Part shown: positions 27,846-36,125 of the stretch, piece after piece | How the letters are laid out: each line of letters opens with the position of its first letter | Numbering within the stretch: position 1 is the stretch's first letter | Source: Oscillospiraceae bacterium | GTDB taxonomy: Bacteria > Bacillota > Clostridia > Oscillospirales > UBA929 | Length of the DNA: 64,000 bases | Assembly (NCBI GenBank): GCA_009782215.1 | Contig: WRKO01000005.1 | Span: 30,083 to 94,082 of the forward strand | Direction of reading: 5' to 3' | Notes under the pieces: generated by a model | Told to the model about the DNA's origin: nothing | The model's database searches: none | What the model saw: the letters and a program-made list of their open reading frames with translations, nothing else | Program-made: the position numbers and the translations under genes

Positions 27846-29384
27846 TTAATCTCGGATGGGATAGGCGGTCAAATCCGGCAGTTCGTCCAGCGTAACGACC
27901 AAATCATGGTGATAAAAATGCAGCAGCATCTCCTTTTCGATATACCTCTCGGAGACGAATTCGCCCGTCCAAGGAATGGCAAAGCCCCACATCGCGCCGT
28001 CGCGCATACAGAGGTCGGGGTCTGGGAGGAAGCCCGATTCGCTCAAAACCGCCATCTTGGGCGGGGAGGTATACGCGGCGGCTTCCAAAAATTTCGCGGC
28101 CTGCGAGGTGTAAACCCTCTCGCCCGGATAGATGTCCTCGCCAATCAGGTCTACCGTTTCGCCGCCCGGATACCAGTCCGCGTGCTGGCCGTTCCAAACC
28201 CAGATAAGGTTGTTCAGCCCGTGCGCCTCCGTCAGTCTCTCATACATCAGGTTCCATAGCTTTATGTAGGCGTCCGGCCCCGACGCCCCCCACCAGAACC
28301 AGCCGCCGCTCGCCTCGTGGAGCGGTCTCCACAGCGCCGGCACGCCCGCGTCCTGCAATCGTTTAAGCTGTACGGCAATGGCGTCAATGTCGCTTATAAG
28401 CAGCTCCAAGCCCTCCGCGTCCCGTCCGTCCATTATGGCCGCGAGGTCAAGCCCTCTGACCGCTTGGGTGTAAAACCCTCTCCACCAAAGCCAGTCGCCC
28501 TCATCAACGAGGTATTTCGTCGGAGCGTTCCAATGCCAGCAAAGGGTGACAATGGCGCCGTTCTCCCACGCCTCTATGGCGGGCTCCACCGAGATGCGCG
28601 TGTCCCCCCGTTCGGCGCGGGAGGGGGAATACCCCATCAAATCCAGCCCGATAACCGCCGGATATTTGCCGGTCTGGCTGTGTATGGCGGCGCTTTCGGA
28701 GCCAAACAGCCCTCCGTCGCTCTGCTGCCCGGCGAGGATGACCTTGCCGTAATGGTCGGCAAGATAGCTCATCAGCCGCTTGGCGCCGTCGCCCGCGTTC
28801 GTGTTGGAAAGCCTTGCGGACACATCGTAAATGGACGCGTCAAGAACGGGGGAGGGGGACACCGTCAGGCTTTCCAGACGGATCCAGCCCCAATATTTCA
28901 GCAGCCCGACCGTATGCTCGCCCGCCTCCATATACACGCGGGGGAGAACGGAATCGTCAAGCTCGGGGCTGTCGGTGACAAGAAGACCGACCTGCTCCCC
29001 GTTGACCAGCACGACGTTTTCTTTATACCCCCCGATGGAAAGGGAGCGGAAGATCAAGTCATAAAACCCCGGCTGCGGGACGCCGACGGTAAATACGCAC
29101 ATATCCCCGTCGTTTTCAAAGCCCTCAAGCGCGCCGCTCCCGGTGAGACGGACGCCGCCGACTCTTTCCGCGTCCTCCGCCGGATACAGGACGGGCAGGA
29201 CAGGCAGAGCGGGCGGGGAGGGCAGGGGAGACGGGTCGGGGGATTCCCCCTGCGCCGAGGGTTCCCCGGAGGGGGGAACGGGAGACGCTTCCGGCTCGGA
29301 AGGAGTCGCGCCGCACCCGGAAAAGAGGCATAACAAAAGCATAACCAACAGCGGCGCCAAGCGTGCGGAGCCGGGACAATTCAT
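27846..29384 (-). CDS. Glycoside hydrolase family 26 (beta-mannanase-type) lipoprotein with N-terminal CBM-like module
   Basis: Lipobox LFSGC and a Pro/Ser linker. CBM-like PGFYDLIFRS...VLVNG. GH26 catalytic signatures IVTLCWHWNAP and LWRPLHEASGGWFWWG. Confidence 0.8.
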   Translation of the reverse strand: MNCPGSARLAPLLVMLLLCLFSGCGATPSEPEASPVPPSGEPSAQGESPDPSPLPSPPALPVLPVLYPAEDAERVGGVRLTGSGALEGFENDGDMCVFTVGVPQPGFYDLIFRSLSIGGYKENVVLVNGEQVGLLVTDSPELDDSVLPRVYMEAGEHTVGLLKYWGWIRLESLTVSPSPVLDASIYDVSARLSNTNAGDGAKRLMSYLADHYGKVILAGQQSDGGLFGSESAAIHSQTGKYPAVIGLDLMGYSPSRAERGDTRISVEPAIEAWENGAIVTLCWHWNAPTKYLVDEGDWLWWRGFYTQAVRGLDLAAIMDGRDAEGLELLISDIDAIAVQLKRLQDAGVPALWRPLHEASGGWFWWGASGPDAYIKLWNLMYERLTEAHGLNNLIWVWNGQHADWYPGGETVDLIGEDIYPGERVYTSQAAKFLEAAAYTSPPKMAVLSESGFLPDPDLCMRDGAMWGFAIPWTGEFVSERYIEKEMLLHFYHHDLVVTLDELPDLTAYPIRD

Positions 29385-29440
29385 AAAAGCCGCCCCTTCG
29401 TTTCAGCAATTTGCCAAAGGCCGCCCGGTGAATAAAATCT

Positions 29441-29469
29441 ATTTTAATACATTCTTAACAAATTGTCAA
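29441..29469 (-). promoter_or_regulatory. Near-consensus sigma-A promoter of the GH26-led operon
   Basis: Minus strand TTGACA (29469..29464), 17 nt spacer, TAAAAT (29446..29441). It sits in the only AT-rich gap here, about 57 nt upstream of ATG 29384. Confidence 0.55.
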
Positions 29470-29489
29470 GCAGAATTTTCTGGCCGCCC

Positions 29490-30779
29490 TCACGGCAGAT
29501 GCCGTCCAATCCGCGCGCCCAGCGCGGCGTAGTAGGCGTCCTCGCGCTCCAAAAGCGCGGCGTAGATTGCATCCTTGAACAAAGAAGCGCCGTCCGCGCC
29601 CTTGGCCGACAAAATCAGCCCATAGGTCACATGGAGAACCTGACGCGCGTCGTCCTGCTCCAGCAGGGACGGGAGCGCGCCGTCGTCCGCCGCCGCGAGG
29701 TCGGGGATTCTGGCCGTGTTTTCGGTGATGTGATAATATTTTTTCGCCTCCGGCAGGTTTTCCAGCGCGAAGCGCGCGATTTCACGAAACAGCGCGGGCT
29801 CGGCCCCGGCGATGACACGCAAGGCTTCCAGCCAGTTGGTGCCGGCCGTTTTTAGGTGAACGTTCTTCCCGGTCTTTTCAAAGATGGCGGGAAACACGGA
29901 GAATTTATCGCTGCCGGAGTGGATGCTCAGTTTATAGCCCATCTCCCGCGCAATCCCCGCGTGCTTTTCAAGGTCTTTTTCAAATGCGCGCAAATCCCCC
30001 CGGTAATCAATCCCCTTTTGAAATTCCCCGCAAAAGCGCGGCGCGAGGCTGACCAGCCCGACATCGGCCTTTTTCAGCTCGCCCGCCGCGTACAGATGGG
30101 CTTCCGGCGAGGTGGGCGCGGCCGTTTCGTCCAGCGACAGCTCAAAATCGATTTCTTTGCCGCGCAGAAAGCGGTTGTAAATGTCTATGGCATACCGCAC
30201 GGCGTCCCCGTACGTTTCCTCCGGCGTCCCGCCCTCCGCGCGAATCTGCCCGGAGCAGTCCAGCGTAATCATGGTAAAGCCGCAGTCCAGCGCGGTTTGA
30301 ACCTCCTCCGGCGTTTTCAGATGGTCGCCGTCCGCGCCGTAGCCGTCCCGCCAGCCCTCCTGAAAAACCGCCCACACCGCCGCCGCCAAAACGTCGTCAA
30401 AGGTTCGCCCGGTCAGGGTCAGCTCGCGAACCGACTGCTGCGCGAAAACGGGGAAAACCTCCCGTCCCCGGAGCAGGCGGATATGCCCCGGCGTCGCTAT
30501 GCCAAGCCGGTCGCCCAACCCGAGGGTAAACGGCTTTCCTTTGTGGCTCACAGGGCCGGTAAAGGGAAAAAGCCTCCGCAGCTTTTGGGCGTTGGCGACG
30601 GACAGCGGGCAATGCTTCTCCGCGCCTCCCGGCAGGGAAACGTTCTCGCCCTCCAGCGTTTCATACGCCTCTCCCCCTCCCTGAACGGCCAAAAACTTTC
30701 CCTCGCCGTTCCGGGCCATATACAGGACGTCGCCGCAGTGCCGCGCCAGCGAATCAGGGTATGTCGTCCATCCGGTCAA
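29490..30779 (-). CDS. Tagaturonate/fructuronate epimerase (UxaE)-family protein
   Basis: KPFTLGLGDRLGIATPGHI...FAQQSVRELTLTGRT...YGADGDHLKT...ITLDCS...HSGSDKFS resembles the UxaE family (recollection-level). The probable TTG start at 30779 overlaps the GH43 stop (TTGA). The listed ORF's first roughly 158 codons overlap the GH43 gene and look non-coding. Confidence 0.55.
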   Translation of the reverse strand: MTGWTTYPDSLARHCGDVLYMARNGEGKFLAVQGGGEAYETLEGENVSLPGGAEKHCPLSVANAQKLRRLFPFTGPVSHKGKPFTLGLGDRLGIATPGHIRLLRGREVFPVFAQQSVRELTLTGRTFDDVLAAAVWAVFQEGWRDGYGADGDHLKTPEEVQTALDCGFTMITLDCSGQIRAEGGTPEETYGDAVRYAIDIYNRFLRGKEIDFELSLDETAAPTSPEAHLYAAGELKKADVGLVSLAPRFCGEFQKGIDYRGDLRAFEKDLEKHAGIAREMGYKLSIHSGSDKFSVFPAIFEKTGKNVHLKTAGTNWLEALRVIAGAEPALFREIARFALENLPEAKKYYHITENTARIPDLAAADDGALPSLLEQDDARQVLHVTYGLILSAKGADGASLFKDAIYAALLEREDAYYAALGARIGRHLP

Positions 30780-31657
30780 CCCGTTCCCCTCACTTTCAAT
30801 TCGTCTCCGGTTTCCTGCATTTCGAGGAATACCGCGCGCTCCAGCGGCGTTTGGTTGGGCTGGTGGAGCGCCAGCATAAGCCGCCGATCCCGCGTCCGAA
30901 ACAGCATCCCGTGTCCGCCGTCGGCGGCAAACAGCGGCTCTTCGGCCTGTCTCCAAGGCCCAAACAGCTTGCCCGAATCCGAAATGGCGTATCCGAGACA
31001 GTAGCCCTTCTCGCCGACGCAGGACCAAAGCATCAGCAGCTTGCCGTTTTCCAAACGGTACGGGAAGCACCCGTCGGTCACATACCCTTCGATATTGTTT
31101 CTCGGCGAAAACGTCTTGCGGCTCCACGGGGCGTCCGAGGAGGCGAACAGCGTCACCGGGGGCGAGGCCGCGTGGGTCAGGCGCTCGTTCAGGCGCGACG
31201 CGCAAACCGTGCCGTCGCCGGTTTGCACCCACTCGTGGCAAAACACAACCCACGGCTTGCCTTCCTCGTCCATAAACAGCGTCCCGTCAAGGCACATCCA
31301 TCTGCGCGGCGTAACCGGGCCGTAGCTCCAAGGCCGAAACGGCCCGCAAGGGTCTTTCGCTCTCAGCACGGCGGTGCCCCTCATCCGCCCCTCCCCGATA
31401 AACGACGCGAACATATAAAACCCCGGGCCGCGCCTGAAAACCTCCGGCGCCCAAAAGTTGTCCGTCCCCCAAAAGGACTCCGGCGGCCGGAAAGCCGGAA
31501 AGGGGCCTTCCCATTCCGTCAAATCCTTGCTTTTATACGCCTCAAACCCGGTTCCCGCGCCTTTCCATATGTCCTTGTCCGTCGAGCCGTACAGGTAATA
31601 ATCGTTCATGTACGTAAAGACAAACGGATCGCGTATCTGGATGTCGCGGATCAGCAT
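30776..31657 (-). CDS. Glycoside hydrolase family 43 (arabinofuranosidase/xylosidase-type)
   Basis: MLIRDIQIRDPFVF...YYLYGST...FWAPEVF...YMFASF and a five-bladed-propeller-sized protein. ATG 31657 is preceded by GGAGGA and overlaps the end of the GH4 gene. Confidence 0.8.
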   Translation of the reverse strand: MLIRDIQIRDPFVFTYMNDYYLYGSTDKDIWKGAGTGFEAYKSKDLTEWEGPFPAFRPPESFWGTDNFWAPEVFRRGPGFYMFASFIGEGRMRGTAVLRAKDPCGPFRPWSYGPVTPRRWMCLDGTLFMDEEGKPWVVFCHEWVQTGDGTVCASRLNERLTHAASPPVTLFASSDAPWSRKTFSPRNNIEGYVTDGCFPYRLENGKLLMLWSCVGEKGYCLGYAISDSGKLFGPWRQAEEPLFAADGGHGMLFRTRDRRLMLALHQPNQTPLERAVFLEMQETGDELKVRGTG

Positions 31658-33051
31658 ACCGTCCTCCATTCCCCCGGCAGCGCGCCGAGCGTGTTTCTCA
31701 CCATGTCGCGGGCCAGCGCGCGCAGCTCCGCGTCCGCGCACCGGCCGCTCAGCAGCGGGTCTCGCTCAAACGCGCGGCAGACGGCCTCGATGTCGCAGTC
31801 CAGCGCGGCGCGCAAAACCTCCGTCTGGTTTTCGGCGTGCGGCAGCATCAGCCCGCGGATTTCATCGGGCAAATCTCCCGCCGCCGCCGGACGCACCTCG
31901 CCGCCCGAAAAGACCGCGTTGGTTTCCACCACCGTCTCCAACGGCAGATTGCCAATCTGCCCGGCGGCGTTGGGCAGGTTGACGTTGCTGACGGCGCGGG
32001 TCAGGCCGCACAAGGCTTTGATGAGCAGGATGCCCTCCTCGCCGGACGGCTCCAGCGCAATGTCCTCCGCGCCCGAAACAAGGCGGGCGGTTTTTTCCGC
32101 TTTTTTCGCCCGGTCGGCGATGCGCCAGTCGGCGCTTGTGAGATGAAAGCCCCATTCCCTTGCCGTTTCCGGGTCTTTCGCGTACTGCTCCCCCGGCATA
32201 AACTCCGCCAAGTGCCGGTCGCCCGCCGCGGCAATCAGCCCGAAACGGCGGAATAAATCAAATTTTACCCGGTGATTGCAGTCAAAAACACTGTCCGCCG
32301 CGCGGCTGCCGCCACCGGGATATCCCGTCTGATGATACGCCCCGGCAAACTCCGCGAAGACGTCCATCAGATTGGTCTCTTTATACGCGGCGCGGTCAAA
32401 CCATGTGAAGTGGTTAAGCCCCAGCACGTTGACGCGGATATCCCCACGCTCCGCCTCCTCGCCCGTGCGGCGGCGGAGCATGTCGGCCAGCAGCGCCTGC
32501 GTGCCGAAAACCTCGTGGCAGCAGCCGAACGCTTTTATTTTCGGGAAAACATGATATAATGTTCTCACGCATACGCTCATGGGATTGGTGTAGTTGATGA
32601 CCCAAGCGCCGGGGGCGTACAGCCGTATCGCCTCGGCAAACCCGGCAAAGAGCGGCGCCGTCCTGAGCGAGCGGATAATGCCGCCCGGCCCGGCGGTGTC
32701 CCCCACCGGCTGATAGACGCCCAAGCGCTCCGGCAGATGCACGTCCGAGCGCATATGCTCAAAGCTGCCCGGCAAGATGGAGATGATGACAAAGTCCGCG
32801 CCGTCCAGCGCCTCGCGCAGCGACGGGACGGCGGTATAGCGCCACTTGCCGCGCGCCCGGGAATCGGCGGTGATGCGGTTGCCGATGATTTCATTGTTTT
32901 TGGCGGCGTCCATATCGACGTCATAAAGGCGGATATGGCCGCCCAAATCCGGCTCAAGGGCGAGGTCGGTCATAAATATCCGGGCCCAAGCCATAGAGCC
33001 GCCGCCGACGTAAGCGACGCTGATGGAATGGTTTTGTTCCGTATGTGCCAT
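31651..33051 (-). CDS. lplD: GH4 NAD+/Mn2+-dependent glycosidase, LplD-like (alpha-galacturonidase type)
   Basis: It aligns along its length with my recollection of B. subtilis LplD. Examples: IAYVGGGS..WAR, WRY.AV..L..AL..AD.VIISILPGS, DVHLPER.G.YQ.VGDT.GPGGIIR.LR, WVINYTNPMSVC, GCCHEVFGTQ, AAGDRHLAEF. Confidence 0.8.
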   Translation of the reverse strand: MAHTEQNHSISVAYVGGGSMAWARIFMTDLALEPDLGGHIRLYDVDMDAAKNNEIIGNRITADSRARGKWRYTAVPSLREALDGADFVIISILPGSFEHMRSDVHLPERLGVYQPVGDTAGPGGIIRSLRTAPLFAGFAEAIRLYAPGAWVINYTNPMSVCVRTLYHVFPKIKAFGCCHEVFGTQALLADMLRRRTGEEAERGDIRVNVLGLNHFTWFDRAAYKETNLMDVFAEFAGAYHQTGYPGGGSRAADSVFDCNHRVKFDLFRRFGLIAAAGDRHLAEFMPGEQYAKDPETAREWGFHLTSADWRIADRAKKAEKTARLVSGAEDIALEPSGEEGILLIKALCGLTRAVSNVNLPNAAGQIGNLPLETVVETNAVFSGGEVRPAAAGDLPDEIRGLMLPHAENQTEVLRAALDCDIEAVCRAFERDPLLSGRCADAELRALARDMVRNTLGALPGEWRTVC

Positions 33052-33140
33052 GTCTGCCGTTCCTTTCCGGTTTTTGTAGGGGCGGTTTCCGGCCGCCCGC
33101 GGCCGAGGAGAGCGCTATCATAAAAAAGGGGGCTTTGCCT

Positions 33141-34043
33141 GTGAACCGGGTCGTTTTCTCCGGGATTCTCGACGGCGTCGTGGTGGACAGAATCGTGCGG
33201 GACGATGAATTTTCGATGCCGTCGATGCACTTCCACCCGGAGTTTGAGATTTACTATCTGCTGGACGGCGAGCGGTATTACTTCATCGAGGACAAGACCT
33301 ACGCCATCGGCAGGGGGAGCCTTGTCATCATCGACGCCATGCAAATCCACAAAACCACCGCGTTGGGCAAGGCGGCGCACGACCGCTTCTTAATCGAGCT
33401 GGCGCCCGAGCCGTTCGCCGCTTTCTTCGGCGGCCTGTGCGGAACGGCGCCGCACAGCGTGTTCGCGGAGCATACGGGGGTTTGGATGCTCGACGGGGAG
33501 GGCCAGCGGGTCGTGGAAGGGCTTTTGCGCGAAATCACGCTTGAGTTTAAGGAGCAGAGGCCCCACTATCAAGCCCTTGTGATGATGAAAATCGCGGAGC
33601 TGCTTCTGTTTGTCACCCGTCTCAAGCCCCGGGGACGGACGGCGGCGGGCGCGCCCGCGCCCCAGATGCCCAAGCATATCCAAGTCAACGGCGTCACCGA
33701 CTATATCTCAACCCACTACGACAAGGTCAAATCGCTGGACGAAATCTGCAAGCGGTTTTTCATCAACAAAAGCTACCTTTGCCGGATATTCAAGGAGGTC
33801 ACCGGCTCCACCGTTCAGGAATACATCCATATCTGCCGCGTGAAGAAGGCGCAGGAACTGCTAGAAGACGGCGGCATGAACGTCACGCGGATTGCCTCCG
33901 CGCTCGGCTACGGAACGGTGACGCATTTTGAGCGGGTCTTCCGCAAATACACCGAAACGACGCCGCTGAAATACCGGAAAAAGATGCGCCTGATTCGCCA
34001 GAAGGTGCGGGAGCGCAAGGACGAGAAGCATTTGACGAAATAG
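33141..34043 (+). CDS. AraC/XylS-family transcriptional regulator (cupin sensor + HTH)
   Basis: N-terminal cupin HFHPEFEIYYLLDGERYYFI. C-terminal dual HTH ...ICKRFFINKSYLCRIFKEVTG...IASALGYGTVTHFERVFRKYTETTP. The GTG at 33141 is preceded by AAAGGGGG. It is divergent from the GH4 gene. Confidence 0.85.
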   Translation: MNRVVFSGILDGVVVDRIVRDDEFSMPSMHFHPEFEIYYLLDGERYYFIEDKTYAIGRGSLVIIDAMQIHKTTALGKAAHDRFLIELAPEPFAAFFGGLCGTAPHSVFAEHTGVWMLDGEGQRVVEGLLREITLEFKEQRPHYQALVMMKIAELLLFVTRLKPRGRTAAGAPAPQMPKHIQVNGVTDYISTHYDKVKSLDEICKRFFINKSYLCRIFKEVTGSTVQEYIHICRVKKAQELLEDGGMNVTRIASALGYGTVTHFERVFRKYTETTPLKYRKKMRLIRQKVRERKDEKHLTK

Positions 34044-34044
34044 C

Positions 34045-36108
34045 TCAGTACGGCAGCGGCGATATCCCCTCCGTCTCAATCTCCCACAGCCCGTTTTTCG
34101 GCAGCCCCGGCCGTCCGCGCGTTTCGCCGTACCCCTCCAGCAGCATCGGGAGGGCGAACAGCAAAGCCCCGTTGCCCGGCAGATAGAGCGGCAAATCGTC
34201 CCGCCCGCGCTGAAAATTGTTCCCGCTCGCCGTATAGCTGTTTTTCGGCGTGTCGGAGAGCAAAACGTCCATTGCCGCCTCCGGCCTGCCCAGCCGGGTC
34301 AGGGTCATCGCGCAGAGCGCAAAATCCCAGCCCCACAGCGTCGATTTGTCCCAGCAGGCCAGCGCCCTGTCCGCCGTGCGCGACATCGCTTCCCCGTCAA
34401 TCCGGCCGCAGGGGATCAACCCGAAGCCGTAGAGCATGGAGGGATGGTCGCGGTTGAACGCCGTGAATGTGTCCGGGCAGCTCTGATGGGCTATGTACAG
34501 TCCGTCCCGCAGCGGAGGGTCGGCGAGAGCCTCCCTCACCGCGCCCCAGTTTTCGGCGTCCTCCCCCAGCATCTTCGCCCATTTGACGGCCAGCCCCAGC
34601 CCAAACCGCCAGTAGCATAGCTCAAACACCGGGTTGAGCGCGGCTTCGGACGCGTGCTCCTCCTGCGCCGGAATCAGCGGCGGCGCGAGGTCAAGCCGTC
34701 CCGTCCGCGCGTTGGGGCGGGGAAAGCTGCCCATGAAACGGGCCGTTTCGCGCACAAGGAGCCAGTGCGCCCGCATAAACGCGCGGCGCTCCTCCTCCGG
34801 CTTGGCTCGGCGTATCAGCTCCAGCATATACAGGATGTGCGGCTGCTGCCAAATCAGCAGGGGCGCTATGCGCGAAGGGCTGTCAATCCCCTCCGGCCCC
34901 GTCATTTTCGGCCACCTCGCCCCCGCGAAGCCGTTCCTTGCCGCGTTCTCCCTCGCTTTGCCGAGGATATCATTATACCACACAAGACTTCTCTCAAGCA
35001 ACCCGGCGCGTCCCCACAGCGGAAACCAGCCCGCGTGCAGGAGGTGCATCTCCAGATGAAACTTGCCGTACCAGCTATTGCAGGACAGCCCCGTCTCCTG
35101 CGGCGGCTGGCTTCCCGCGCACTGAACGGCGGTGAGGTATTGCGATAAAACGGCCCTGCGTTCAAGCTCCGGCGCGCGCGGATCCTTGGCGCCGCTGAAA
35201 TCAGCCGCGCCCCCGGTTTGCCAAAACCGTTCCCAGCCGCCGGCGCTGTCCCGGAGGACTTGCTCGAACGTCCACCCCTCCGCCGGGGCTTCGGGCGCGA
35301 AGGAGAGGGTAAACGCGCCGCCCCGGAAGACAAACGCGTGGGCGCCCGTCCGCTCAAAGCCTTCCGCCCCCTCTATCCAAACGGCATATCCGTCGCCGTC
35401 CAGCCGCCTTTTCAGCAAAACCCCATTCTTTCCGGCGGCGGCGGCGGTGGTATGCCGCTCCCCGCTTTGCCAGTCGGACGCGTCCTTCCGGCGCGAGCCG
35501 TACGGGAAGCTCAGGCTCACCGACAAACGCTCCGCGGCCTCCCCCTCCACCGAGAATCCCAGCACATCAGCGCTCTGCGCGCACACCGTCCGAACGCGGG
35601 CGCGGCGTCCGCGGACGGTAAACTCGCTGCGCAGCTCGCCGGAATACAAATCCAGCTCCTGCCGTATGTCGGCGAGGTCTTCCCGCCGTATCACGCCGCC
35701 GTCCCACAGCAGCGCGGCGCGGGCCAGATTCAGCCGGTGGGGGTTGTGCCGCAGCCAATCGTAAACCGCGCCGTTTTCCCCGGCGGGGTTTACGGCGTAG
35801 GCAAACGTCCGCTCCGCCGTTTCATACCGCGTCATCACCACATCGTCCAGCGTATAGCGGACGCCCCCCTCGGCAGGCTCGGTGTGCCAGCCCCACCGGC
35901 TCATGGCGCACAGGGGAAATATCCGGTATTCGTCATACAGCGTCTGAAGCCCGGTGACGTCGGCGGTAAAGGCGAATTCGCCGTTGCCCACCGTCAGCGG
36001 GGATTCGGCATCCGGCGCGCGCAGCAGGGGGTTGTGCCGCCGGACAAGGCGTTTCCGGTCAATCATCACAGTCACCATAATATGGGCGGAGGTGGTCCCT
36101 CCGCCCAT
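34045..36108 (-). CDS. 687-aa cytoplasmic glycosidase-like protein, family unassigned (alpha/alpha-toroid suspected)
   Basis: No signal peptide. The N-terminal RHNPLL...SPLTVGNGEFAFTADVTGLQT motif and the Trp-rich helical C-terminal two-thirds are reminiscent of six-hairpin glycosidases. Start could be 36108, 36078 or 36066. Confidence 0.45.
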   Translation of the reverse strand: MGGGTTSAHIMVTVMIDRKRLVRRHNPLLRAPDAESPLTVGNGEFAFTADVTGLQTLYDEYRIFPLCAMSRWGWHTEPAEGGVRYTLDDVVMTRYETAERTFAYAVNPAGENGAVYDWLRHNPHRLNLARAALLWDGGVIRREDLADIRQELDLYSGELRSEFTVRGRRARVRTVCAQSADVLGFSVEGEAAERLSVSLSFPYGSRRKDASDWQSGERHTTAAAAGKNGVLLKRRLDGDGYAVWIEGAEGFERTGAHAFVFRGGAFTLSFAPEAPAEGWTFEQVLRDSAGGWERFWQTGGAADFSGAKDPRAPELERRAVLSQYLTAVQCAGSQPPQETGLSCNSWYGKFHLEMHLLHAGWFPLWGRAGLLERSLVWYNDILGKARENAARNGFAGARWPKMTGPEGIDSPSRIAPLLIWQQPHILYMLELIRRAKPEEERRAFMRAHWLLVRETARFMGSFPRPNARTGRLDLAPPLIPAQEEHASEAALNPVFELCYWRFGLGLAVKWAKMLGEDAENWGAVREALADPPLRDGLYIAHQSCPDTFTAFNRDHPSMLYGFGLIPCGRIDGEAMSRTADRALACWDKSTLWGWDFALCAMTLTRLGRPEAAMDVLLSDTPKNSYTASGNNFQRGRDDLPLYLPGNGALLFALPMLLEGYGETRGRPGLPKNGLWEIETEGISPLPY

Positions 36109-36125
36109 ATGCCAGACATTTTTTC

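Noticed and set aside
30780-31253. N-terminal extensions of listed ORFs (UxaE-like 30780-31253; rnc 58019-58264; plsX 59044-59241; yqeK 49966-50088; SLH 45141-45257; trpS 11155-11205)
   Set aside because: The extensions overlap the upstream gene or an intergenic region. They are Arg/Gly/Pro-rich and precede internal starts that carry an SD and match the conserved N-termini of the families.
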